Positions 1 through 23,664 of a DNA stretch of 64,000 nucleotides are shown here, piece by piece. This DNA comes from the human T2T-CHM13v2.0 reference genome, Homo sapiens. A program made the position numbers and the translations under genes. The stretch lies in the NCBI RefSeq assembly GCF_009914755.1, contig NC_060947.1. One strand, 5' to 3'. Numbering within the stretch: the stretch's first letter is position 1; the number at the start of each line of letters is the position of its first letter. The notes under the pieces are model-generated. The model was not told the origin of the DNA, made no database searches, and saw only the letters and a program-made list of their open reading frames with translations.

Positions 1-38
1 TTCACAGTCTTAATTATAACTTAAGATCCCGGGATGGG

Positions 39-355
39 GGCCGGGCGCGGGGCTCAAGCCTGTAATCCCAGCACTTTGGGAGGCCGAGGCGGGTGGATCA
101 CGAGGTCAGGAGATCGAGACCATCCTGGCTAACATGGTGAAACCCGTCTGTACTAAAAATACAAAAAAAAAAAAAAAAAAAAAAGCCGGGTGTGGTGGCG
201 GGCGCCTGTAGTCCCAGCAACTCAGGAGGCTGAGGCAGGAGAATGGCGTGAACCCGGGAGGCAGAGCTTGCAGTGAGCCAAGATGGCGCCACTGCACTCC
301 ATCCTGGGCGACAGAGCAAGACTCTGTCTCAAAAAAAAAAAAAAAAAAACAAAAG
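39..355 (+). mobile_element. AluY with an expanded middle A-tract
   Basis: AluY diagnostics; TSD aagat(c/g)ccgggat. Confidence 0.92.
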
Positions 356-1042
356 ATGCCGGGATACCTGATCTACACCAACTAATTTACATGTTGGTGG
401 GATCTGGAAAGCCCAAAAATAGATGAAAGAGGCAGAATGGTATTTTCCTAAGAGTTATATTAGTGACCTGACAAGCCCCACCTGGTCCATTTACGGGTCA
501 GACAAACCCTGAAAGATTGCAAATGACCTTAGGAAAGCTATTTCCAAAGTATTTCAGCTCTATGGCAACCAACAACCTAGAATGACTTGTGGGCCTGCCC
601 CAGGGCATTCCAATAAGCAACCCCTAAAACTGCGGTTTCGAAAAACTAGTTGTCATTTGTGCAAATGATCAAAACATTGAAAAAGGGACTGCTCCCAAAG
701 AACTTGAGAGAAGCCCTTAAAAACAAGCTGCCTACCTCTGATCATCTCTATGTTAACCACCAAGACTGACAGGCCTCCGAAGACAGCTCTGGTAAGTTTC
801 TACTGGTTAGTTTTTGCCCTGTTTGTTAAAAAGCTCTGCCCTGAAGGCAATGATCTAAGTAAGGAACAGGATTTTGAAATTCTTTCTAAGAGAAATTTAT
901 ATCTGTAAAGGAAATCTCCATTTGTAAGGCTATCTCCCTCTCTGCACCTAAACCATTAGAAACTTTTACAATGAGAAAGGCACTGGCTTAAAAGCTTGCA
1001 TATCAACGTTTACCTTTGTTTAAGTTGCTTTTCCTGTCCATC

Positions 1043-1342
1043 TTTTTTTTTTTCTGAGATGGAGTCTTGCTCAGTCGCCCAGGCTGGAGTGCGGTGGCGT
1101 GATCTTGGCTCACTGCAAGCTCTGCCTCCCGGGTTGGTTCACCCCATTGTCCTGCCTCAGCCTCCCCAGTAGCTGGGACTACAGGTGCCGGCCACCATGC
1201 CCGGCTAATTGTTTTTGTATTTTTAGTAAAGACGGGGTTTCACAGTATTAGCCAGGATAGTCTCGATCTCCTGACCTCGTGTTCCGCCCACCTCGGACTC
1301 CCAAAGTGCTGGGATTACAGGAGTGAGCCACCGCGCCCGACC
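1043..1342 (-). mobile_element. AluY
   Basis: Antisense Alu dimer with T tail. Confidence 0.9.
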
Positions 1343-1636
1343 GGGCAAATGAATCTTAATGAAAGCAATAAGATCTGCTTCTTTCTGTGTGTATGTTTGT
1401 ATATCTATGTGTTATGTGTATCTGATATTTTCATACCAAAATATATAAAAGAGCTCTATTTAATTGGCTTAAAGAAAAAGTGTTTAAAGTCATTAATTAT
1501 AAAGCAAGCATATTTTTCCCCTAAATTTACTAGTCAAACAAGCTTATTACCTCTTAGATGTATAATAAAGCTATAAAGCCAACCAAAGAGCAAAATACAT
1601 GAAAAAAAAAAAAATCTTGATACCTATCAGTCATGG

Positions 1637-2357
1637 TGATACAGAAGGGCTGGGCTCCTGGCTAAACCCAACCCATAAGCCTGGAACCTTGGCCCTAAGT
1701 GAAAACAGCTGACCCCGTTTTTTTCCAGCCAAATGTTGCCGTTTTTGGCCTGCCCTGCCCCTATCCTTTGCCGATGAAAGACTTCAGCTGGCAGAGCAAC
1801 ACAAGTGGCTGAATGTCAAGGATACAAGCAGCTGAGTGGTGAGCAGAGAAGCAGTGCGCGTCAGAGACTATGGATAGACACGGCTAACTTCAGGCGGTGC
1901 GGCTTCGGAGAGGAGCCCAGCCAGAGACGGCCGGGCTTCAGGGAAAGATCACCCTCCCATCCCCTTTCCAGCCTCCCTTTCTGCTGAGAGCCACCCACCG
2001 CTCAATAAAGTCTGCATTCATCACCTTTCTAACAGTTCATCGGACATGAACCCAGGTTCTGAGAGGGCAGGGTTTGCCACCCTGACCCTCCACTGACCTG
2101 GTTGGCACTTGGCCATCCCCGGATGGCAGAACTGAAAGAGCATTGGTCGTAACATGCTTGGACGCTGCTGCAGGGCCCACAAGAGCCTGCTCCCACCAGA
2201 GAAGAGTGACCAGTCGGTCCCAGGATTCATTTGCTCTGGTTCCTGCACTCACTCGCTTGCACGCTCCCTCCTGCCAAGAGTAGCCAGTGCGGGCTGAGTG
2301 GAATGAGCTACTCCAGTTTCCGCCCACGAAGGAGTTCAAGAGAACTAACCCGTCCCA
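1637..2357 (+). mobile_element. Solo ERV1 LTR (LTR1/LTR27/LTR28-like)
   Basis: TG...CA termini, AATAAA near 2004, near-perfect 4-bp TSD ATGG/ATAG, GC-richer than the flanks. Confidence 0.75.
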
Positions 2358-2728
2358 ATAGGAAAGGGAAAAAAAGCAGAGTGGAAGAACCATGTTTAAC
2401 CTATTAATCTTTTTGCTTCTGTAATACTTATAGTTTCCTGATTTTTTTGAAAAATAACTTGAGGTGATGGCTAGCTTTGCTTAATGAACAACTCAAGCAT
2501 AATTGTTAAAAATGAGTAAATTAGGTGTATGTAAATGGTATACAAATTGATAAATGAACTTTTCAGTTTTGAAAACCTTTTACCGTAACTTAAAGTCCTG
2601 TTATGATTAAGTAATATTCATGAACTGTCTGAGTCATTTCCAATTAAGTTAGAATACTGAAACATTAATTTGAACGTAACTTTAAATTTATTTTTGGCTT
2701 CTTAAATTTTATAGAAAGACTAAATATG

Positions 2729-4007
<1,279 letters not shown>

Positions 4008-4115
4008 TTATTTATAGGGTTTTCTAAAAATTAAGCTTTGAGATCAAAAGTACACTAATACAAAACTAAAATTTAGTCCCCTATGTTAAAACAAGGTTTT
4101 CTTAGAGTATTCATC

Positions 4116-9389
<5,274 letters not shown>

Positions 9390-10104
9390 CTATTATTGAG
9401 AGGTTTTAAAAAGTCCAGTGTGGGACTCCTTACAAAATTTCCAACCAAGCAGCTTTTAAAAGAACCTAAGTGATTATTCTTGCTGCGTTTATGTAAAACA
9501 ACCAGGCCAAGTTTAATGAGAGTAAACTTATTTTGCAAACAAATTAGTTTACCTCTGATTAGTAGGAATGAGAGTGACTGTAGAGAGAAAAATTGTGTTT
9601 CAGAAGAACAAATGTAGTACCCCGTTACTAGATCATAGCCCTGTTCACTGTGTTTGAGTTTTTATTATCTACTTGTAGACTGGACTTGTTTCTGAATTCT
9701 AGTTTCCTCCAATAACTGGCTATAAAACTCCAACTAAGAACAAAAACTGCTCTGTTCCTAAAGCCCTATAAGCTGAAGCTGAACAACTCATTGTAAATTT
9801 GGGAAGGGACAAGTCTCATGCCTGATGTGTGGGCCACACAAAGAGTTCACCAGAATGCCCAATGTTACAACCAGAAACATTGAAACTGCAAACCAGGATG
9901 CGAAGCTGCCAACTTCACACTGTGGACAGCTTTCCCGAGACAATCGGAAGAAGCCTCCCTATCCTAAGACTCTTACTCCTCTGAATTTTTCTTTGCTTAT
10001 TCTTACCTCTTTCACTTGGCAGAATGATGCCGTAGTTAGAATTTCAGTCAGTAGCTTTTGCAGGTCACTTGCAAATGGTCACTCTTTGCTTTAATTTCAC
10101 CCAG

Positions 10105-10400
10105 TCATGGGATGGCGGATAATAAAATTGCTGCCTACTGCCATCTGTACAGTTGCTAACACTTCTTGTTGCTCAGGGATAAATCCATCAGGTATTGGAG
10201 ACTCAGTTGCAAAAATTAACAGGCTACTTGGTTATGATGGTAGACCCCTCATCTGGCTCCTTCTTTGATCTACTTAATTTTAGTTGGGTTGGTTTATGGG
10301 AACCTTGGCTAAGAACCATACTCCAAATTCTAGGTATTATCCTCCTGATAGTTACAATAGTAGTCTCCGTAGTGCACTGTATCCTCTCAAAAAGTTTTAA
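10105..10400 (+). pseudogene. Retroviral env TM-subunit remnant
   Basis: CX6CC motif CTVANTSCC at 10146-10172. After a frameshift: SFFDLLNFSWVGLWEPWLRTILQILGIILLIVTIVVSVVHCILSK (membrane-proximal region plus hydrophobic anchor). Confidence 0.85.
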
Positions 10401-10615
10401 ATGTTTGAACACAGCCATTTGTCAAGCATGAAATGGTCTCTCATCTGCTGGAATGACAGAAACTCAGAGAAGTGTGTGATCATGAAGATACCATCACCTG
10501 TGATTGATATATTGAGACTAGAAACCCAGATGATGGTAACTGAGAGCAGCGCTGATGCCCTAAGTTTTGGTGGCACTCTCACCTAGGGGAGAGCCTGATC
10601 AAAAGAGGAGAAAGG

Positions 10616-11453
10616 TGTTAAACAAAAATCTGGAGGAGGCCATTGTTTTCAACTAAGCAACAAACAGACCAGACTAAAAATCAAAGTGGAGTCACTCATG
10701 CTGAAGTGCCACATCACCAAACCAAAAATGAGTTGTTAGCTGGCCTTCCAAAAAATCAGGGTAGTGAAACAGCCTCATTTCCCAAATGGGCCAATTTCCA
10801 CCCAAGTGATAATGAAGTTCCCTCTGCCTTTAATCCTTAAAACAAAAAGTAATCTGAAACTGGCCGGGCACGGTGGCTCATGCCTGTAATCCCAGCATTT
10901 TGGGAGGCCGAGGCCGGTGGATCACTTGAGGTCAGGAGTTTGAGACCAGCCTGGGCAACACATGGTGAAACCCCATCTCTACTAAAAATACAAAGTTAGC
11001 CAGGCATGGTGGCAGGCACTGTAATCCCAGCTACTCAGGAGGCTGAGGCAGGAGAATCACTTGAACCCAGGAGGCGGAGGTTGCAGTGAGCTGAGTTCAT
11101 GCCACTGTACTCCAGCCTGGGCAAAACTCCGTCCCCCCGCCAAACAAAAAAACAGGAAAAAAAAAAGTAAGGAAAAGAAAATGTAATCTGAAGTAACCTG
11201 GTGTTAACCAATCAATTCCAATCAGTTATTTGTCTAGTGTTCTGTTTCTCTGTTTCTACCTTACAAGGAAAGTAACTTGGAGGAGACCAATCTGCTTTCA
11301 CTCTTTGGTTCCGCTTTGCTTTCTTCAGCTTTTCTCTGTCCATACCAACCTCCTCTGCTCAACTCATTGGAACACTTACTCTAATTTTATGGAATGAAGT
11401 GTTGCCTGATTCTAGAATCACAAAGCCAAGTAAGATCTTTAAATTGTAATGTT
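10616..11453 (+). mobile_element. ERV1 3' LTR (MER4-group, subfamily uncertain) containing an Alu at 10862-11166
   Basis: Begins TG immediately after the PPT; ggaggccattgtttt...ggagtcactcatgct LTR motif; 3' end approximate. Confidence 0.7.
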
Positions 11454-11554
11454 GCCGTGAGCCACCACGCCCGGCCCCATGGACTATTTTCTATGGAAAA
11501 ATATAACTCAAGAACAAAAGGAGTGTCTGAAGAGACATATAACCATTAAAGAAA

Positions 11555-12119
11555 GTGATGGCTTTGTAATTGTGTCAGTTTGGCTAGGCTGAACTACCTT
11601 TCTCAGAATTCCCTCTCTTGTATGTTTCTGGTTAGGGTGGGCCAGGAGATTTGGGAGGTAAAAGGAAAGGAGTTGCTATTTTGCAGCTTACACATGCTGT
11701 GGCTGATCTGCAGATTCACCTCATTGGTGTGAAACAGTAGCTAGGCCTGCAATTGCTCTACCTACCCCTGGATCCTATCAGCTTCTCTGATTTCTGGGCT
11801 GTGTACATGTGTTTAGCTCCATGACCGAAAGCCTTGGCTTCTGCAGGGCAACTCGATGACCAAGGTCAGAGATGGTAAGAAAGGACACAGGCTTCAGTTC
11901 ATTTTTGTGGGGTGCCAGCTTGTGCTTGTGGGTTTTAGCCTGCTCGTGATCTTCCTTCCTGACTACCTGCCCTGTAGACTTTGAGCTCCAGCATCAGATA
12001 TGGAGACCACATCTGGTTTCTACTGGTTATCTACCTATAAATCATCAATCACCTATCTGCCTACCTACCTATCTGTATCTTCTTCTGGTTCTGCCTCTGG
12101 TTGAACCCAGACTGACACA
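11555..12119 (+). mobile_element. MLT2-type (ERVL) 5' LTR
   Basis: tgtgtcagtttggctaggctg start motif, ends gaacccagactgacaca, followed by an ERVL-type PBS region. Confidence 0.75.
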
Positions 12120-13780
<1,661 letters not shown>

Positions 13781-14482
13781 TTTGGATGTGCTTCTATGAG
13801 CCTATATGGAAGATCAGAAGTGCTCGAAGGACTCAAGAGCATTGAAATGGTAAATGTGTGAGTAAAATCTAAATGAATAATAACCTCTTATAAGAGTTAA
13901 AATAAGAGTAAAATTACAGAGACTAAATGATAACAATAGTTAGTACATAAGTTGATGAGAGAATAAATGGAGTTAAAGGGTTCTAAGGTCTTTTTATTGT
14001 CTAAAAACACGGTCAAAGCAACAATTAACATTAGATTGTGATGTCAAGAATGCATGTTGTAATCTCTAGAATAACTGGTTTAAAAAAATAGTAAAGGTAT
14101 ATAATTTCCAATCTATAGAGAGATGGAATAATAACAATTTTAAAAAGAAGTCAAAAGGGAAAAAGAATATAGAAGAGATAAGCCAAACAGTAATATGGTA
14201 GATTTAAATCCAAATATTCAGTATAAATTGATTAATTATCCCTGTCACGGAAACTATCACCTTTGATGGTTTAGGACCACTTCCAACTAAACAAACTCAG
14301 GCCTCTGGAGGAAGGCCTAGTCATCCCAATTAAATTCATCATAAAGTAGCCAGCCCCAGCTAACCCACCAGCCAACTGAAGATGCATGAATGAGTTCAGC
14401 TGAGATTACCTGAACCCATCCAGGCCAGAAGAACTGCACAGTTGAAGCTAGCCCAAATTGCTGATGTACAAAGTTATGGTCT

Positions 14483-14911
14483 TATGAACCCCCAAAATTT
14501 GAGACAGGTCTCAGTTAATTTAGAAAGTTTATTTTGCCGAGATTGAGGGCACGTGCCCATGACACACCCCCAGGAGGTCCTGATGACATGTGCCCAAGGT
14601 GGTCAGAGCACAGCTTGGTTTTACACATTTTAGGGAGACATGAGACATCGATCAACACATGTAAGATGAATATTGGTTTGGTCCAGAAAGGGGACAACTC
14701 GAAGAGAGGAGGGGGCTTCTACATCACAGGTAGGCTAGAGACAAACGATTGCATTCTTTTGAGTTTCTGATCAGCCTTTCCAAAGGAGGCAATCACATAT
14801 GCATTTATTTCAGTGAGCAGAGGGATGACTTTGAATAGAATGGGAGGCACGTTTTCCCTAAGCAGTTCCTAGCTTAGTGATTTTGGGGACCCAAGATACT
14901 TCCCTTTCACA
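14483..14911 (-). mobile_element. MER4A-type solo LTR
   Basis: gaacccccaaaatttgagacaggtctcagttaatttagaaag...ccctttcaca; TSD GTCT/GTCC. Confidence 0.8.
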
Positions 14912-14934
14912 GTCCAAATAAGTGATTGCTGGGT

Positions 14935-16176
14935 TTTTTGTTGTTGTTGTTAGTTTGTTTGTTTTGAGATGGAGTTTCGCTCTTGTTGCCTAGGCTGTAG
15001 TACAATGGCGTGATCTTGGCTCACCACAACCTCCGCCCCCCCAGTTCAAGCGATTCTCCTGCCTCAGCCTCCCGAGTAGCTGGGACTACAGGCATGCGCC
15101 ACCACGCCTGAAGGGGTGGCCTGCCCCTCCGCACCTGTGGGCGTTTCTCGTCGGGTGGGGCGAGAGACTGAGAAAAGAAAGAGACACAGAGACAAAGTAT
15201 AGAGAAAGAAAAGTGGGCCCAGGGGACCGGTGCTCAGCATACGGAGGACCCGCACAGGCACCAGTCTCTGAGTTCCCTCAGTATTTATTGATCATTATCT
15301 CTACCATCTCGGAGAGGGGGATGTGGCAGGACAATAGGGTAATAGTGGGGAGAGGGTCAGCAGGAAAACATGTGAACAAATGTCTCTGTGTCATAAACAA
15401 AGTTAGAAAATGTGCTGTGCTTTGATGTGCACATACATAAACATATCTGGTGCATTAAAGAGCGGTATTGCCGCCAGCATGTCTCACCTCCAGCCTTAAG
15501 GCGGTTTTCTCCTGTCTCAGTAGATGGAACATACAATCGGGTTTTACACCGAGACATTCCATTGCCCAGGGACGAGCAGGAGACAGATGCCTTCCTCTTA
15601 TCTCAACTGCAAAGAGGCCTTCCTCTTTTACTAATCCTTCTCAGCACAGACCCTTTACGGGTGTCAGGCTGGTGGACGGTCAGGTCTTTCCCTTCCCACG
15701 AGGCCATATTTCAGACTATCACATGGGGAGAAACCTTGGACAATACCTGGCTTTCCTAGGCAGAGGTCCCTGCGGCCTTCCGCAGTGTTTGTGTCCCTGG
15801 GTACTTGAGAGTAGGGAGTGGTGGTGACTTTTAACAAGCGTGCTGCCTTCAAGCATTTGTTTAACAAAGCACATCCTGCATAGCCCTAAATCCATTAAAC
15901 CTTAAGTCGACACAGCACATGTTTCTGCGAGCACAGGGTTGGGGGTAGGGTTACAGATTAACAGCATCTCAAGTCAGAAGAATTTTTCTTAGTACAGAAC
16001 AAAATGGAGTCTCTTATGTCTATTTCTTTCTACATATGCCCAGCTAATTTTGTATTTTAGTAGAGATGGGGTTTCTCCATGTTGGTCAGGCTGGTCTTGA
16101 ACTCCCGACCTCAGGTGATCAGCCTGCCTCAGCCTCCCAGAGTGTTGGGATTACAGGTGTGAACCGCTGTGCCCGA
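14935..16176 (-). mobile_element. AluS split in two by the LTR5 (14935-15108 and 16035-16176)
   Basis: The Alu arms join at accacgcc|cagctaatttt. Confidence 0.9.
15109..16034 (-). mobile_element. HERV-K(HML-2) LTR5 solo LTR (LTR5A/B-like) inserted in an Alu
   Basis: tgaaggggtggcctgcccctcc...gaacaaaatggagtctcttatgtctatttctttctaca; 6-bp flanks CACGCC/TATGCC; no poly(A) tail or VNTR. Confidence 0.9.
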
Positions 16177-16320
16177 CAGTTGCTGTTTTTAAGACATTGA
16201 ATTTTAGAGTAGTTTATAATGTGGCAAAAACTAAATTATAAGGAAAAGGATATCTACAAGTGGAGTGCTATCCTAACAAAAACTGAAATATGTGTCAGTA
16301 ATTTTAGGACAAGGTGTTAG

Positions 16321-16979
16321 TGTGCCTGGACCAAACTGAGGATCGGGCTGCTATTTCTTGTGGCCCAATAACGAGATGCAGTTGAACTGGAGAGGAAGAG
16401 AGTTCTTATTTCTGCAACTGGCTACAGGGAGAAGACCTGGAAATTATGGCCAGGCCAATTCAAAATTACAAAGTTTTCCAGAGCTTATATACCTTCTAAG
16501 CTGTATGCCTACGTGTAAGTGTGCACTCATCTAAAGACATAAGTGATTAACTTCTTTTAATCTGTAACTAAGGTCTGAGTCCTGAAGACCTTCCTCTGGA
16601 GCCTCAGTAAATTTACTTAATCTAAATGGGTCCAAGTGCTGAGGTGATTACCCGTATCTTGTCTCCTGCTAAATCACGGAGGTTTGGGGAGTTCCTTCAG
16701 ACCCCCAGTAAACTTGTTTGCAGAGGCCTGGGGAGTTTCTTCAGACCCACAATAAAACATGTTTAATCCTAAATGGGTCCTGTTAAGAATTCCTTCGTTA
16801 TTTTGTCATGCTTTAAGGCCCAGGGAAGGGCTAGGCAAAACTCTTGGTGGGCTTTTGTTACATTCCAGCCTTTGTATAAGGGCACTGGCTTTTTAGCTTT
16901 TAATATTTAACTTAACCACTCAGTCAGTATTGAAACAGTTGTTATGGAGGCCTGTGTTAGTGAGACTTGGCCTGCCACA
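16321..16979 (-). mobile_element. Solo ERV1-class LTR (subfamily not assigned)
   Basis: TG...CA termini, perfect 4-bp TSD TTAG at 16317-16320 and 16980-16983, internal short direct repeats. Confidence 0.8.
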
Positions 16980-17389
16980 TTAGGGCAGAGGCTGGAAAAG
17001 CAGTGAGGAAACAGCAAAACCTGGAAAATTAGCTAGGAAACTGCTATTGCAGGCTACAAAACATGGTTACACATGTTATGTGGTTTTGAAACAATTTCCA
17101 AAAGTGTAGTTTATGATAATATGGAAGATGGAAAAGCTTCTTAATGAAATTTGGATTTGACTAAGGAGGTCTACAGGCAAAATGTTGAAAGTGACAGCTG
17201 ATTGGTCCTAGCTGTGTATAATAGAGTATAAGAAAAGAGAGATGAGCCAAAGCAAAAACTGTTCAGTTTTCAAGCAGGATTTATGAGGAATATAAAGGGG
17301 CCAGGGCAGGCTGAGTTGGAAAATAAAAGTACTTTTAATCTCTATCATCCAGCTAGAAGATTTTCAAAGTAAATGAAAACCTGAAGTCA

Positions 17390-20460
<3,071 letters not shown>

Positions 20461-21289
20461 ATGGTACCAATTTTTCTAGAGTCAACACTTGTAAGTCTGT
20501 TTGGTGACCTGTGTCACATTCCAGCATGCAGAGAGACTGAGGTCTCTCAACCCAAACAGAAAGGAACCCAAGCATAGAACTAGACACACCCACTGTATGT
20601 ACCTACTATGTGTTGGCTGCTGTATTTGGCAGTTTACATGAATGATCTCATTTTATCCCATAAGAGAGATGCCAGTATCTTCTTTGTTCCACCCACGAGG
20701 AAAATGAAGATCAGAGAGGTTAAGTACCTTGCCCAAGGTTGACCACCACAGCATAATCTTATTATGGGCCACCATCTCTCTCAGTTGCAGCCAAATGGAG
20801 GCAGTGCCAAAATTAAGAGTGTGTTCATGGGCAACAGCTGGAAGACCTTGCCCTAGTGCCCATCAGAAGGGCCAGTAGCTGAGGCGGGGCAGGCAGGTGT
20901 CAGTCGGACCCGCTCGGTGGTCAGCAGTGGTGGTAGTGGGGCTGGAGTAAGGAGCCTCTGGGCTCAGGTCACTGAATGGGGCTGTCAAAAGCAATGCTAG
21001 ATCCTCTTAGGTAAGAACTGGGGCAAGCAGGTCTCAAGGCCAAGGTCTAGCTAGAGGTAGGATACACAGTGAGAGCAGGATCAAAGGCCAAGTCCACTTG
21101 ACCCACGGTCAGCTCAGCTCTCCAAGCTGCCCCTGCCTGAAAGTGATGCCCTATTCCTGGGCAGGAAGAGCCTAGAGGCCTGTGGACCAGAAGCCGGGCA
21201 GAGTCTCATGCCCAGGCGCGTTCTCCCTCTCAGCTGGCCCGCAAGCTCTCTTAAGCCGATTAGGTGCTTTTTTCTACTCTCTGTTTCTC

Positions 21290-22110
<821 letters not shown>

Positions 22111-23056
22111 CTCTCTCTTTAGCTTCCATTTCTTTTTTATTGGGTTTCTTCTACACTTTCTACTTCTAAGATTATCCTTCCTTTCTTCAGCTTCCTCACT
22201 GGCTTCCTGTTGTCTTCAGCATTAAACTCAAACCCCTTAGTGTGGTCGGAGAAGGTGCCTTCCTCCCCATTCAATCTTATCTCTTGCCACTCTCTTTTTG
22301 AAGTGAAGAGGTGTATCACTTACAGAATGGAGACACACTGAGACACAAGTCTAGAAATTATTTCTCACGTGTTCTAATGTTACTCATTGCCAGTCCCCCA
22401 TATAAGATAATCTGCACTAATGATAACATATTCTTGATTTGATATAGTAACTAAATGACCACTTTGGTTTTTGTTTGTTTGTTTTTGTTTTTGAGATGGA
22501 GTCTCACTCTTGTCACTCAGGCTGGAGTGTAGTGTTGCAATCTTGGCTCACTGCAACCTCCACCTCCGAGGTTCCAGCAATTCTCCTGCCTCAGCCTCCT
22601 GAGCAGCTGAGATTACAGGCACCCACCACCACGGCTGGCTACTTTTTGTATTTTTGGTAGAGACATGCTTTCACCATGTTGGCCAGGCTGGTCTCGAACT
22701 CCTGACCTCAGGTGATCTGCCCACCTCGGCCCCCCAAAGTGCTGGGATTACAGGAATGAGCCACCGCACCTAGCCAGCCTTTACTCATTTTTCTAATGGC
22801 TGGTTGTATTTTTCTTATTGATTTCTAAGAACTTTAAAAACGCTTCTCGATACCAATACTTTGTTCTTTATTTGTGAAGCAGATGTCTTCTTCTAGTCTG
22901 TGACTTGATTTTTCACTCTTTTTCTGGCATCCATTTTCAAGTAGACGTTTTAAATTGTTATTTGTCCTGTTTGTCAGTCTTTTTCTTTATAATTTGTGCT
23001 TTTTGTGTCTTGTTTACAAACAAATCCTTTTCACTCCTGGAAAGATCAGAAAGATA

Positions 23057-23664
23057 CAGTTGATCCTCATTATTCATAGATTTTGTATTTGCAAATTTGC
23101 CTACTTGCCAAAATCAGTATCTTCAGTGACCACATGCAAAAGTAGTGAAAAAATCTGAGTCACGCACATTCCCAGCTGAGGTGGAACAAGGTGACACTCT
23201 GCCTTCTTGTCTCAGCTGTCAAACTGTAAACAAGTGTCCTTCTTGAGGCACATTTAGTGCCACCGTTTCCACATTTTTGTGCTTTTTGTGGGTGACTTTG
23301 CTGTTTAAAATGGCCCCCAAGCATAGATGGAAGTGTTGTCTGGCACTCCCAAGCGCAAGGAAGCTGTGATGTGCCTTACAGAGAAAACACGTGTTAGAGA
23401 AGCTTCCTTCAAGCATGAGGGATGGCCCTGTTGGCCGGGAGTTTAGTGTTCAGGAATCAGCAATACAATTCAATGAGATGCCTTTCAACAGAAACATACA
23501 CAAAACAAGGTTCTGGATTGATAGGGTGATGAAAATGTCGTGACCAGAGGCTCACGGGAACCCTACCCTGTGTTTCCCTTAAGAGCAATGGTTCAGTATT
23601 TGCTAATTCAGTGTTCACAGCGAGTTTATAGAACACAGCTATTGTGAATAATGAGAATCAACTG
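23057..23664. mobile_element. MER82-like TcMar-Tigger element
   Basis: TIRs cagttgatcctcattattca / tgaataatgagaatcaactg, each flanked by TA (23055-56, 23665-66). Confidence 0.85.

Noticed and set aside
10195-10431. Domesticated env (syncytin-like) gene
   Set aside because: Only a frameshifted TM fragment, with no signal peptide, SU or intact immunosuppressive domain.
15109-16034. Possible SVA (SINE-R) element
   Set aside because: No hexamer, VNTR or poly(A) tail; U5 is complete to the terminal CA and the flanking duplication is 6 bp, as for an LTR5 solo LTR.
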